Source: Nitrospirota bacterium (GTDB lineage: Bacteria > Nitrospirota > JACRHJ01). From it: a DNA stretch of 64,000 bases. The notes under the pieces are model-generated. The model searched no databases and was not told the origin of the DNA. It was given only the letters and a program-made list of their open reading frames with translations. A program made the position numbers and the translations under genes. Where the stretch lies: assembly GCA_963698885.1 (NCBI GenBank), contig CAVOSJ010000007.1:25554-89553 (forward strand). The letters run 5' to 3'. Below, piece by piece: positions 39,953 through 50,612 of this stretch (the stretch's first letter is position 1; every line of letters starts with the position of its first letter).

Positions 39953-40342
39953 ATGAAGAAATATCTATTGCTGCTGGTTGCTTTTTCGTTCGTTTTAACA
40001 ACCGGCGCCGCCCTAAGCGCGGGCGCCGCGGATAGCAAAACTTCTCACAAAAAGGTAAGCATGGTGGGCTATATCATAGATAGGGCCTGCGCCATTCCAA
40101 ACAAGGACAACCTGGCCGAGTATGTAAAAACTCATCCAAAGGAATGCGCCCTCGCGCCGAACTGCCAGGCCAGCGGCTACATGTTTTACTCGGATGGGAA
40201 ACTCTACAGTCTTGACGAAGGGACCAATAAGAAGGTAATCAAGTTCCTGACGAAGCCGGAGAGCAAGCTCCACGTGAAGGCACAGGCCATTTACGGCAAA
40301 GGTGATAATTTGAAGATAACGGCACTGTCAAACGCAGAGTAA
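39953..40342 (+). CDS. Secreted hypothetical protein with a Cys/His cluster
   Basis: Signal peptide; DRAC...HPKEC...C..SGY; AAGGAG RBS. Confidence 0.75.
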   Translation: MKKYLLLLVAFSFVLTTGAALSAGAADSKTSHKKVSMVGYIIDRACAIPNKDNLAEYVKTHPKECALAPNCQASGYMFYSDGKLYSLDEGTNKKVIKFLTKPESKLHVKAQAIYGKGDNLKITALSNAE

Positions 40343-40355
40343 ATCTTTTGCATAT

Positions 40356-40387
40356 AAAAGCGGCTGGTTATTCCAGCCGCTCTTTTT
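40356..40387. terminator. Bidirectional terminator
   Basis: AAAAGCGGCTGG / CCAGCCGCTCTTTT between convergent genes. Confidence 0.75.
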
Positions 40388-41630
40388 ATTTGTTGCCCGC
40401 CGCGCTCTCGCCCGCGAGATGCCCGGTGCTCCATGCCGCCTGAAGGTTATACCCGCCGGAAGGACCGTCGATGTCGATTACCTCTCCCGCCAAATACAGG
40501 TTTTTATAAAGCCTTGACCGCATGGTCAGATGGTCTATTTCCCCTAGCGATACTCCGCCGCTCGTGACATACGCCCGTTCAAAACCCTGAGTGCCTTTGA
40601 CCGTCAGGGAAAGGGCCTTTATGGTTCCTGTCAAGACCCGCCGGTCATTTTTCGATAACGTGTTCAACCGTCTGTCCTCTTCCAGCCCGGCAAGCATGAG
40701 GAGCGTCCCGGAGAGCTTCGGAGGTACGAGGGAAGTAACGACGTTTTTAACCAGCCTGTTCGGGTGTTCGTTCAAAGACCGGAGAAGCTCATCCTGAAGC
40801 TCTTCACTGCTCACGTCCGGGATAAGGTCGAGCAGGAGATTGACCTCGCCCTCTTTTATCAGTTCCCGGACTTTGCGGCTTGCGCTCAGGATTGCCGGAC
40901 CGCTCAGGCCGTTGGCCGTGACTACCGCATCCCCACGGATTACCGCCTTCTTCTTCCCGGATTGGAGCAGGGTAATGTTAACGGAGTTCAAGGTCGCCCC
41001 TTCCATCTTCCGTATCCAGTCTTCTTGCACTGTTATCGGGACGAGCGCGGGGGCGGGCGGAACGATTTCGTGCCCGAGAGATCGAAGCCAATGGAACGCC
41101 TCGCCGGTCGAACCGGTCTTCGGGAACGATTTCCCTCCCGTGCAGAGGATAAAGTTTTTTGCGTGAATAAGTCCGCCGTTGACAATCACGCCTTTTATAT
41201 CGCCCGTGCCCGCCTCAAGACCTTCCACCGGCGCGCTGGTAATAATGTCAGCCTTCTTTGCATAGTCCCAGAGGACCCGCAGGACGTCCGCCGCGCGCTC
41301 CGACGCCGGGAATATCCTGCCGCCCTCCTCCTCCATCGTGGGAAGCCCCCTTTTATTGAAAAAATCTATCGTTTCCGGCACGCCGAATAACGAGAAGGCG
41401 TGGTAGAGGAACCTCCCGTTCCTGCCGTATCTTTCAACCAAGTCCCGAAGGCTTTTGACGTTATTGGTCAGGTTGCACCGGCCGTTACCAGTGAGGAGGA
41501 GTTTTTTCCCCAGGCTGGCGTTCTTCTCCAGTAACACGGTTTTCGCGCCAAGCTCCGCCGCGCGGCCTGCGGCGATAAGCCCCGCCGGCCCGCCGCCGAT
41601 TACAACGACGTCATATGTGGTTGTATCCAT
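40386..41630 (-). CDS. HI0933/BaiN family NAD(P)/FAD-dependent oxidoreductase
   Basis: VIGGGPAG, GKKLLLTGNGRCNLTN, TGGKSFP, VTSGGV, GGYNLQ. Confidence 0.92.
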   Translation of the reverse strand: MDTTTYDVVVIGGGPAGLIAAGRAAELGAKTVLLEKNASLGKKLLLTGNGRCNLTNNVKSLRDLVERYGRNGRFLYHAFSLFGVPETIDFFNKRGLPTMEEEGGRIFPASERAADVLRVLWDYAKKADIITSAPVEGLEAGTGDIKGVIVNGGLIHAKNFILCTGGKSFPKTGSTGEAFHWLRSLGHEIVPPAPALVPITVQEDWIRKMEGATLNSVNITLLQSGKKKAVIRGDAVVTANGLSGPAILSASRKVRELIKEGEVNLLLDLIPDVSSEELQDELLRSLNEHPNRLVKNVVTSLVPPKLSGTLLMLAGLEEDRRLNTLSKNDRRVLTGTIKALSLTVKGTQGFERAYVTSGGVSLGEIDHLTMRSRLYKNLYLAGEVIDIDGPSGGYNLQAAWSTGHLAGESAAGNK

Positions 41631-41702
41631 AAAGGGTATTATAGATGAATAGAGTGAAAGAGGAAAGAGAGTGCACCAAGGCGGAGGAGGCTTCCTATCC
41701 AA

Positions 41703-41820
41703 CATAGCTTTGGAGAGGGAGCATTCTCTCCGAAAAATTATTATTCACAATTACGCGTCATAGGCTATATTTCCGTTTTACGTTCAAGATAATTTTTCTC
41801 CGAGAATACTACCTCCCGCA
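41703..41820 (-). repeat. Second repeat family: ~110-nt long-hairpin element, copy 1 (candidate structured RNA or MITE)
   Basis: Its reverse complement aligns with 60606-60720 (shared GAAAAATTATC, TTGAACGTAAAA, ATTGTGAATAATAATTTTTCGGA, AGAATGCTCC). Confidence 0.8.
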
Positions 41821-41832
41821 CTTGAAACTTTT

Positions 41833-42354
41833 TCATTTTGTCACCCGTCCTATAACGTCCATGATGCCCTGCATTATAGCCGCGGGGTTTGGGGGGCATC
41901 CCGGTATGTATCCGTCAACCGGCACGACTGAACCGGCCCCGTCGAGGACGCCGTAAGCCCCTTTATAGACGCCGCCGTCTTTCGCGCAGCTTCCGCAGGC
42001 TATCACTATCTTCGGCTCCGGCATGGCGAGCCAGGTCTTTTTCAGCGCCTCGGCCATCGGAAGGGATACGGGCCCGGTGACCAGCAGGACGTCCGCGTGC
42101 CTGGGCGACGCCACAAAATCTATGCCGAAACGGGAGACGTCGTAGACCGGGTTCCCGAGCGCCGTGCACTCCCATTCGCAGGCGTTGCACGAGCCCGCGT
42201 CCACCTGCCTTATGCGTATGGATTTCTTAAATACCGCATCCAGCTGTCGGGGCGTTTCCGTGATTTCCGCCGCCTCTTTTGACTGCCGGGAAATCTCGTC
42301 TCGCCCGATGGCGGGTTTTTTACGGAACAGATTTGATATTACGTCTTTTAACAT
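41833..42354 (-). CDS. Ehr/Hyf-type small Fe-S subunit (HyfI/NuoB-like)
   Basis: DAGSCNACE, VASPRHADVL, GSC, IPGCPP. Confidence 0.9.
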   Translation of the reverse strand: MLKDVISNLFRKKPAIGRDEISRQSKEAAEITETPRQLDAVFKKSIRIRQVDAGSCNACEWECTALGNPVYDVSRFGIDFVASPRHADVLLVTGPVSLPMAEALKKTWLAMPEPKIVIACGSCAKDGGVYKGAYGVLDGAGSVVPVDGYIPGCPPNPAAIMQGIMDVIGRVTK

Positions 42355-42361
42355 ATAGGAC

Positions 42362-43885
42362 CTATAGGTCGCAGCCCGAGTAAGAGAGGTTGAAGCTCTT
42401 GTTCACCAGCGGGAAGTCCGGCACGATATTCCCGTGAATGGCGTAAGACATGAGCGGCCAGTTGCAAAATGACGCGGAGCGCACTTTTACCCGTAACGGC
42501 CGCCCGCCGCTTGCGGCCATTACCCAGTAAAAGATGGAACCCCGCGGCCCTTCCACGTACCCAAGCGCACGGCTTCCCGCTGAATATTTTCCGGCGGGCA
42601 CCGCGAGGCCTCCTTCGTGGCGCTGCTCCAGGAGAGAGTCGATTATCGAAAAAGAACATTCCGCCTCGTCCGCCCGGACCATCATCCTGGAGTACACGTC
42701 GCCTTTCCGGTACGTATTCGCCTCGAATACGAGGCTGCCGTACGTGAGGTTGGGGTGGGCGCGCCTTATGTCGTCCGAGATCCCGGAGGCCCTCGCCGCC
42801 GGCCCCGTCGCGCCCATTTTGACAGCTATATCCTTCGCAAGTACGCCCGCGCCTTCCATTCTCTCGATGTGAGAGATGGAGTCCTGAAGGAAGGCCATAA
42901 ACTGCTTGAAGCCGGTTTTTACCCCGTCCAGGGTGGAGATGATTTCATCGGCGTCCTTGAAAATATCCCGCGTCACCCCGCCGACAGCGTTTATCCCCCT
43001 TAAATACCTGCTGCCCGTAAGCTTGTTGTTCAGCGCCATGAGTGCCTCTTTTAACAAAGCCCCCTTCGCGTAGCCGACGGCGAAGCCCGTCCCGGCGCAG
43101 AGGTTCCCGATGTCGCCGATATGGTTATACAGCCGCTCCAGTTCTATTAAAAGCGTCCTCACGGCCTTCGCGAGCGGCGTTATCTCAATTTCAGCCATGC
43201 GCTCAACGGCTATGCAGTAGGCCGAGGAATGCGAAAAAGACGAGACCCCGGATATCCTTTCGGAGAGTTCGACGCCCTCATCGAAGCTTCGTGACTCGAA
43301 TAGTTTTTCCGTGCCCTTATGCGTATAGAAAAGCCTCGGGTCAAGGTGATATATCGTCTCGCCCACCGCGCTGAAGCGGAAATGGCCCGGCTCGATTATA
43401 CCCGCATGGACCGGGCCGACAGGTATCTCATAAACTCCCTGGCCCAGCATTTTCATGTACGAATAGTTATCCTCCCTCAAGAGGTCTGTCGAGCGCTTTA
43501 TCCCGTCAACCGTGACATCCCGCCTGAGCGGATAAACGTTCTGGCCGTACATCCCGTGCAGGCAGAGCGGCCTTAAGTCCGGGTGTCCTTCAGGGACTAT
43601 CCCGAACATATCGTGCATCTCGCGTTCGTACCAGTGCGCGGCCGGGACCAGGGGGGTAATGCTTTTATATGAAAGGTCATATTCCTTAAGCTTCAGGGTC
43701 AGGATTTCGAATATGTCCTCGCCCGCCGGGGAGAAGACTGCATAGACCTTGAAATGCCCGTCCTGAGCGCGCTCGTCCGCCGCGAACATCGTCCGGAAGA
43801 AATATTTGCCGGCGAAATATTCCGCGCATTTCGAGGGGAACTCGTCCCGGCCTATCTCTATGTATCTCTCGTTTACCGGATGCAT
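42362..43885 (-). CDS. Ehr large subunit (HyfG/NuoCD-like) lacking Ni-binding cysteines
   Basis: WYERE, GPVHAGIIEPGHFRF; ERISGVSS in place of RxCxxC; C-terminal NKSFNLSYSGCDL in place of DPCxxC. Confidence 0.9.
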   Translation of the reverse strand: MHPVNERYIEIGRDEFPSKCAEYFAGKYFFRTMFAADERAQDGHFKVYAVFSPAGEDIFEILTLKLKEYDLSYKSITPLVPAAHWYEREMHDMFGIVPEGHPDLRPLCLHGMYGQNVYPLRRDVTVDGIKRSTDLLREDNYSYMKMLGQGVYEIPVGPVHAGIIEPGHFRFSAVGETIYHLDPRLFYTHKGTEKLFESRSFDEGVELSERISGVSSFSHSSAYCIAVERMAEIEITPLAKAVRTLLIELERLYNHIGDIGNLCAGTGFAVGYAKGALLKEALMALNNKLTGSRYLRGINAVGGVTRDIFKDADEIISTLDGVKTGFKQFMAFLQDSISHIERMEGAGVLAKDIAVKMGATGPAARASGISDDIRRAHPNLTYGSLVFEANTYRKGDVYSRMMVRADEAECSFSIIDSLLEQRHEGGLAVPAGKYSAGSRALGYVEGPRGSIFYWVMAASGGRPLRVKVRSASFCNWPLMSYAIHGNIVPDFPLVNKSFNLSYSGCDL

Positions 43886-43888
43886 ATC

Positions 43889-45385
43889 CTATCCGCCTAT
43901 AATCCCGGCCGAGAGCGTTATCAGCCTGTCCAGGGGCCCCGGGATATAGAGGCCCAGCAAAAGAAGGGCACCCGCCATGCCGAGCATCATGAAGCCCGTC
44001 GGCCATGAGCTGCGGGGCCTGAATACGTCCGCGCCTACCGGCATGGGGTGCGGGGTATTCAAGGGGGCCGACGGCGCGCCAAGGAACATACCGCCAAAAC
44101 TGCGGAGCAGGCCGTAGAAAACCATTCCCCCGGCCGCAAGAAAGGCTGCCATGATAAACCAGTGGCTTCCCGCCGCCATGCCCTTAAGCATCAGGAACTC
44201 GCTTATGAACATGCCGAAAGGCGGAGCGCCCGCGAGCGCCATTATTCCGACAAAACCGGCGACGCCGACCAGCGGCATGGTCTTCATGACGCCTGAGACC
44301 TGCTCGGACTCCACGGTATTGTAGAAGCTCTTGATGCGGCCGGTCACGAAGAACATGAGCGGCTTTCCGATCGCGTGGTTTAGGATGTGCAAGAGCGCCG
44401 CGTAAAATCCAAACGGCCCGCCCACGCCGAAAGAGAGGGCGATGATACCCATGTGCTCGATGCTGCTGTACGCAAGCAGCCTTTTGGAGTTCCTCTGGAT
44501 GAGCATGAATATGGAGGCCACGGCGACTGAGGATATGCCGAACAGGAACATCATATCCCGGACGAAGGGGTAGCCAAGGCTTGCCCTTGCGATAACGGCG
44601 AAGCGAAGTATGCCGTAGAACGCGCAGTTAAGGAGTATCCCGGAAAGGAGCGCGCTTATAGGGGTAGGGGCCTCGCTGTGCGCGTCCGGGAGCCAGTTAT
44701 GCACGGGAGCGAGCCCGGCCTTAGTGCCGTATCCCACGAGGATTAATATGAAACCGAGCCTTACAGTCGCCGGGTTCAGTCTTGGCGCCATCGCCATGAG
44801 AGCCGTCCACTCCAGCACGCCTCTGCCCTGCCCTACCGCCCCGGAAGAGGCGTAATAGATGATGAAGGTGCCGAGCAGGGCGAAGGTGATGCCGACGGTG
44901 CAGAGGATGATATATTTCCATGCGGCCTCGACGGACTCGCGCTTCCTGTACGTCCCGACTAAAAGCGCGGAGACGAGCGTGGTGCCCTCGATAGCCATCC
45001 AGAGGACAGCCAGGTTGTTGGCGATGGGTACCAGGGCCATTGTTAAAACGAAAAGGTTGTACAGGAGGTAGTAGTAGCGGTGCGCCTTCTTGTCTATGTG
45101 GCCGAAGTCAAGCTCGTTCCCCATGTACCAGGCCGAGTATATGGCCGTCGCGAACGAGAGCAGCGTTATTATCATCAGCATGAACGCCGAGAGCGGGTCC
45201 GCGTATATGATTCCGCCGGGGACCTTTATTATCTCGCCGCCGAGCGCGCCGCCGACAATGAAAAAAGATATGACGCTCATACCGGCGGTGGCGCAGATAG
45301 TCGCGTATTCATAGACGCGCCGGTCGCCTACCAACAGACATATAAGGGCGGCCGCGGCCGGTATCAATATAAGCGGGAGAAGCAT
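43889..45385 (-). CDS. Ehr/HyfF-like antiporter-type membrane subunit
   Basis: EAAWKY, GYGTKAGLAP.H.WLPDAHSEAP, KRLLAYSSIEH. Confidence 0.9.
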   Translation of the reverse strand: MLLPLILIPAAAALICLLVGDRRVYEYATICATAGMSVISFFIVGGALGGEIIKVPGGIIYADPLSAFMLMIITLLSFATAIYSAWYMGNELDFGHIDKKAHRYYYLLYNLFVLTMALVPIANNLAVLWMAIEGTTLVSALLVGTYRKRESVEAAWKYIILCTVGITFALLGTFIIYYASSGAVGQGRGVLEWTALMAMAPRLNPATVRLGFILILVGYGTKAGLAPVHNWLPDAHSEAPTPISALLSGILLNCAFYGILRFAVIARASLGYPFVRDMMFLFGISSVAVASIFMLIQRNSKRLLAYSSIEHMGIIALSFGVGGPFGFYAALLHILNHAIGKPLMFFVTGRIKSFYNTVESEQVSGVMKTMPLVGVAGFVGIMALAGAPPFGMFISEFLMLKGMAAGSHWFIMAAFLAAGGMVFYGLLRSFGGMFLGAPSAPLNTPHPMPVGADVFRPRSSWPTGFMMLGMAGALLLLGLYIPGPLDRLITLSAGIIGG

Positions 45386-45387
45386 CT

Positions 45388-46050
45388 CTATCCCTTCAAG
45401 GTGTTCAGCTTGTCCAAGTCCACAGTGACGAACGCCTTCTTTATCTGACTAAGAAAAACGCCCAGTATTATCACGCCCATCAGTACGTCGAAAACCACTC
45501 CAAGCTCGATTATAGTGGACATCCCGTACGTCAGCGAAAAACCGGCCAGGAACAGGCCGTTCTCCATGAGCAGAAGCCCGATTACCTGGGTAATGGCCTT
45601 CTTCCTGGTTATCATAATGAAAAGGCTTATGAGGATTATGGAGATGGAGACCTTGAGGGTGTTCTCGGTGAAGCCCCCTATGAAAATTCCCTTGGAGAGG
45701 GAGGAGTAAACTACCACTACCAGGACGGACGATATGACCAGCGAGAGCGGGGTATTGATGTTCGGCTCCACCTCGTGGGTTATCTTGAGCGAGCGCACGA
45801 CCTTCCTTAAGAGAAGCGGTATCGCGATTCCTTTGGAGGCAAGGGTGAACGCGGCGGCTATATAAAGATGCGCGAGACCTAAATAGAAGGCGCTGATGGC
45901 CATGAGCAGGGCCAGCAGGAGCGAGTTCAGGGTGTACGCCTGAAGGCAGGTCTCTATCCTCCTCAGCGAGTTCATCGCCACGACCGTCAGGAGCATCCCG
46001 ATAGTTATGAAATCCGTTATGGAATAGACTACCACCCACTGCCTTGGCAT
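45388..46050 (-). CDS. Ehr/HyfE-like membrane subunit
   Basis: Hydrophobic; MENG, IIELGVVFD, C-terminal LKG. Confidence 0.85.
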   Translation of the reverse strand: MPRQWVVVYSITDFITIGMLLTVVAMNSLRRIETCLQAYTLNSLLLALLMAISAFYLGLAHLYIAAAFTLASKGIAIPLLLRKVVRSLKITHEVEPNINTPLSLVISSVLVVVVYSSLSKGIFIGGFTENTLKVSISIILISLFIMITRKKAITQVIGLLLMENGLFLAGFSLTYGMSTIIELGVVFDVLMGVIILGVFLSQIKKAFVTVDLDKLNTLKG

Positions 46051-46051
46051 A

Positions 46052-46969
46052 TTACTTTCCAGTCATTATAAAAGTTATTATGGAGAGCGCCGAGAGCACG
46101 AACGCCGCGCCCAGAAGCGACGGGAGCTGGAAGAACCGCATCTTAGCCCTCGTGGACTCCGCAAACGCCATCACAAGGCATAAAATCAATATCTTTAATG
46201 CATAATACCCAAGCGCTTCCAACGCACTGAAGCCCAGCCCAGTACTCGCCATGCCGTATGGGAAGAACAGGTCCGCCGCCAGGGTGAAAAGGAGCATCTG
46301 TTTCATGTAATGCGCCCACTCCATCAGGGCCAGGTACTTTCCGGAATACTCCAGCAGCATCCCCTCATGGATCATCGTAAGCTCCAGGTGGGTGTCCGGG
46401 TTGTCCACCGGTATCCTGCCCGTTTCCGCGACAACCGCCACGAAAAACGCGGCCAACGCCAGGACATGCGCGGGCGAGTAGAAGACGCTCCCGGACTTAG
46501 CGATTGCGGCAAGGCTTGTGGAGCCGCTCGCCACCGCCGCCGTAAATATCGCCAGCATCATGCTTGGTTCGACCAGTATCGCCACGGTCATCTCGCGGCT
46601 GGAGCCCTCGCCTCCGAACGCCGTCCCGGCGTCAAGCCCGGCAAGCGCCAGGAAGAACCTGCCCAGCGCCAGCGTATAGATTACGGCGATGACGTCGCCC
46701 ATCCTGAAAACCGCGCCCTGGGCGGAGAATACTGGCACGAGCATGGACGCCGCGAGGACGGACGCAAAAACGATATAAGGCGCGGCATGGAATATCCAGG
46801 AGGTGGTGCGGGCGATTACCATGTCCTTCTTAAAAAGCCTCGCCAGGTCGTAGTACGGCTGCAGTACCGGGCTTCCGACCCTCCCCTGAAGCAGGCACTT
46901 CACCTTCTTTATTATCCCCTGCGCCAAAGGCGACAGGATAAGTATCAGTATGAACTGAAAGTTATCCAT
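46052..46969 (-). CDS. Ehr/HyfC (NuoH-like) membrane subunit
   Basis: QGRVG, QPYYDL, GSSRE, ETGRIPVD, ELTMIHE. Confidence 0.9.
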   Translation of the reverse strand: MDNFQFILILILSPLAQGIIKKVKCLLQGRVGSPVLQPYYDLARLFKKDMVIARTTSWIFHAAPYIVFASVLAASMLVPVFSAQGAVFRMGDVIAVIYTLALGRFFLALAGLDAGTAFGGEGSSREMTVAILVEPSMMLAIFTAAVASGSTSLAAIAKSGSVFYSPAHVLALAAFFVAVVAETGRIPVDNPDTHLELTMIHEGMLLEYSGKYLALMEWAHYMKQMLLFTLAADLFFPYGMASTGLGFSALEALGYYALKILILCLVMAFAESTRAKMRFFQLPSLLGAAFVLSALSIITFIMTGK

Positions 46970-48940
46970 TATCCCCAGACCACCAATAAAACGACGAGCG
47001 TCACCAGTATGTACCCCAAGTAGAGCTGGAGGTTACCCGACTGAAGCTTTTTCGCGGAATGCGCCAGACTGTTCACCGTACGGGTCAGCGGTATGTAGAG
47101 ATACATATCGAAGAAAGGCGTTATCTCCGAGCGGTACTCTATCTCGCGGGTGAAAAACGGCTTCACGATATACTCTATCCGCACTTCCTTCCGCGGCTTG
47201 TATATTTTTTTGAATATCCGGCGGAGCGGATGGGTAAACGCCGTAGCCGTATATTGCATGCTGGGGGTGAGCCTCCTGAGGCCGCAGTCCCAGGGGTCGG
47301 CCTCGAGTTATCTTCCGCCTGCCGCCGTAAAGCCTTGGGAAGATATAAACGGCCCCGGCCCCGGCAACCATTGCTATAAGGATTGCGGCAGGCATGACCC
47401 CGGCTGAGCCGCCGCCGGCTAGGGTAAAGATACCCGGGGCGAACTGCGGCAGGTTTGCCAGCCCGGGCAGGGGGACGGTCGAGATGAGCTTCAGGACGTA
47501 TCCGGGGAAGATACCCAGGAGCAGGCACAAAATGGACAAAAAGCCCATCCCGGACAGCATCGAAATAGACGCCTCATGGGCATCTTCGGCCTCCCGGCTT
47601 CTTGGGACCCCCAGGAAGGATATCCCGAACGCCTTGACGAAGCTCGACGCGGCAAGCGCCCCGGTCAGGGCGAGCGCGGCCCCGGCAAGGAGCATGAATG
47701 TCTTCGTAAGGACGACAGAGGTCTTGATACCCAGGACGAGGGACTGGAACGTGAGCCATTCGCTCACGAACCCGTTGAACGGCGGAAGCGCGCATATCGC
47801 CACTGAACCGGTCAGGAAGAAAAGCGCGGTCCACGGCATCCGCTTTATCAGCCCGCCCATCTTCTCCATGTTCTTGGTACCCATCGCATGGACGGCGGAG
47901 CCCGCTCCCATAAAGAGCAGCCCCTTGAATACGGCGTGGTTTAACGTGTGGTACAGAGCCGCGGCAAGGGACAAGCCAGCCAGCGCGGGTAGGCCATTGG
48001 CGGAAAAAATAATTGACCCGCCAATTCCCAGAAGGATAATGCCGATGTTCTCCACGCTGCTGTATGCCAGAAGCCTCTTTATATCGCGCTCCATCAGGGC
48101 ATACATGATCCCCATTACCGACGAGACCGCCCCCGCGCAAAGCACGACTACCCCCCACCAGAGGCTTCCGCCTCCGCCAAGCCCGCCAAGGATATCCAGC
48201 GAGACAAAAAGGATGCCGTATATGCCGGACTTTATCATCACGCCGGACATGAGAGCGGAGACGTTGGACGGCGCCGCGGGATGCGCCCTCGGGAGCCAGC
48301 TGTGCAGAGGGATTATTCCTGCCTTCGTCCCGAACCCGATGAGCGAGAGGACGAAGATGACCGACCTCAAGGTGCCGGAGCCCTGGAGACCGGCCTTGAT
48401 GGCGGCGAACTCAAGCGAGCCGGTGGCAAAATACATGACCAGGAACGCGCCTATGATGAACGCCGTGCCGACATGGGTCATGACGCCGTAGAAGAGCCCG
48501 GCGCGCGCCGCTTCCTGGTTTTCCGTATCCGAGACGACCAGGAAATAGCTCGCCAGGGACATCGTCTCCCATGAGATGAGAAACGCCGGGATATTCGCCG
48601 AAAAGAACACGGCATACATGGAGGCCAGAAAGATTCCGAAAAGAAAGACGGAGGTCCAGGGGGATTTAAAGTGCCTGGAGTAGCCGGCCGAATAGACGGA
48701 GACGGCAAAACCCAGGACGGAGAGTATAAGGGCGAAGTATGTCGAAAGCCCTCCCCCCTTGAAGCTCAGGGCCATGACGCTGGACAGGGGGACCGCAAAA
48801 GTCCAGACATATCCACCGACAAGGTCCCTGAGGGAGAGAACTCCCAGGACCAGGCATCCGGCGGCATAGAGGAGGTAGCAGGCGCTGGAAATTTTCCGGG
48901 TGCTTTTTGGCGAGACTATTTCAGGGCTTTCCGTTTCCAT
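46969..48940 (-). CDS. Ehr/HyfB-like antiporter-type membrane subunit; indel near 47305; start uncertain
   Basis: KAGIIPLHSWLPRAHPAAPS, KRLLAYSSVEN, LPPFNGFVSEW; C-terminal MQYTATAF...LQSGNLQLY in ORF 46969..47259. Confidence 0.88.
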
Positions 48941-49088
48941 CTCAGGCTTAAGGCACAGGTTTCCATAGAACGAAAAATAACTGCGGAAGTTTATATCCTC
49001 GGGCCGGGGCATGTCAATAAAAATTAATCCCAAACTTCTTGCTTTGAAACATTTTTGGACTTAAAATAGCTTATAAAGGCGGGAAAAG

Positions 49089-50081
49089 ATGATGCTCGAC
49101 AGGGTTAACCGGAAGATAGACTACCTCCGCATCTCCATCACGGACAGGTGCAACCTCCGCTGTGTCTATTGCATGCCTTCGGCTGGCGTGCCCAGGCTGC
49201 CCCACGAGGCGATCCTCCGGTACGAGGAGATACTCCGGATAGTAAAGGTGGCGGCGGAGCGAGGTATAAAAAAAGTGCGTCTGACGGGGGGCGAGCCTCT
49301 CGTCAGGAAAGGCGTAGCAAGCCTGGTGCGGGAGATTTCCGCCATACCGGGGATAGAGGACCTCTCCCTTACGACCAACGGGCTCCTGCTCGGGCGGATG
49401 GCCAGGGAACTGGCGGATGCCGGACTTAAGAGGATAAACGTAAGCCTCGACTCGCTGGACCCGGACAGGTTCCGGGAACTCACCAGGGGCGGAGAGCTTA
49501 AAGACGTCCTGGAAGGGATACATCAGGCGGAAGAGGCGGGTTTTGACCCAATAAAGATAAACGTCGTGGCGATCAAGGGCTTTAACGGTGAAGAAGTCCA
49601 GGAGTTCGCACGCCTGACTCTCCTGAAACCCTACCAGGTCCGGTTCATCGAGTTCATGCCCATCGGCCACCGCGCGATATGGGAAGAATCCAAGGTGATG
49701 ACTGAGGGCGAGATAATGGAGAAAATCTCTACCCTGGGCGAGCTTATCCCCGTGGAGCGGGGGGGGCAAGGGGCGCAGGCGGGCCCCGCGAGGCTTTACC
49801 GGCTCCCCGGCGCGAAGGGGATATTAGGCTTCATCAGCCCGCTCTCCAACCACTTCTGCGGAAGTTGCAACAGGCTGAGGCTGACGGCCGACGGGAAAAT
49901 TCGTCCCTGTCTGTTTTCGGAGACGGAGATAGACCTGAAGACCCCGCTCAGGACGGGATGCGACGATGCGGAGCTTTCACGTCTTATATCGATTGCGCTG
50001 TCCGTGAAGCCGGAAGGCCATTCCATAGCCGACGGCGTAAAAGGTAAATACCGCCGCACCATGAGCAGGATCGGGGGGTAA
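49089..50081 (+). CDS. moaA: GTP 3',8-cyclase
   Basis: [30 protein letters not shown]-terminal IGG. Confidence 0.97.
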   Translation: MMLDRVNRKIDYLRISITDRCNLRCVYCMPSAGVPRLPHEAILRYEEILRIVKVAAERGIKKVRLTGGEPLVRKGVASLVREISAIPGIEDLSLTTNGLLLGRMARELADAGLKRINVSLDSLDPDRFRELTRGGELKDVLEGIHQAEEAGFDPIKINVVAIKGFNGEEVQEFARLTLLKPYQVRFIEFMPIGHRAIWEESKVMTEGEIMEKISTLGELIPVERGGQGAQAGPARLYRLPGAKGILGFISPLSNHFCGSCNRLRLTADGKIRPCLFSETEIDLKTPLRTGCDDAELSRLISIALSVKPEGHSIADGVKGKYRRTMSRIGG

Positions 50082-50082
50082 A

Positions 50083-50571
50083 ATGGCCGAGCTGACTCAT
50101 TTCGACGAAAAGGGGGCCTCGCGGATGGTGGACGTGTCCGGGAAGGACGTGACGGAGCGGGTTGCCGTGGCAGTGGGCCGGGTGCTGATGGCGGCGGATA
50201 CCTTCAGGCTGATAATGGACAAAGGGGCCGCGAAGGGAGACGTCCTGGAGGTCGCGCGTATTGCGGGTATTATGGCGGCAAAAAAGACGGCCGGGCTGAT
50301 ACCGCTCTGCCACCCCCTGCCGCTGGAGAAGGTAGTAATCGACTTTCAGCTGGACGAGAATGCCAGCGCGGTGGAGATACGGGCGGAGGCTAAGGTGACG
50401 GCCAGGACCGGCGTGGAGATGGAGGCCCTGACGGCGGTAACAGTCGCGGCCCTTACAATATACGACATGTGCAAGGCCGTGGACCGGGGGATGGAGATTA
50501 CGGGTATATGCCTGGTGGAGAAGTCCGGCGGGCGCTCCGGACATTTTACCCGGGCAGGAAAGAACTCTTGA
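50083..50571 (+). CDS. moaC: Cyclic pyranopterin monophosphate synthase
   Basis: [35 protein letters not shown]. Confidence 0.97.
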   Translation: MAELTHFDEKGASRMVDVSGKDVTERVAVAVGRVLMAADTFRLIMDKGAAKGDVLEVARIAGIMAAKKTAGLIPLCHPLPLEKVVIDFQLDENASAVEIRAEAKVTARTGVEMEALTAVTVAALTIYDMCKAVDRGMEITGICLVEKSGGRSGHFTRAGKNS

Positions 50572-50612
50572 TTCAAAAGCATTTTTCCGTTAATATTCTC
50601 TTTTAGAATACC

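Noticed and set aside
42362-43885. Functional [NiFe] hydrogenase-4 / formate hydrogenlyase
   Set aside because: Both Ni-ligating CxxC motifs are absent.
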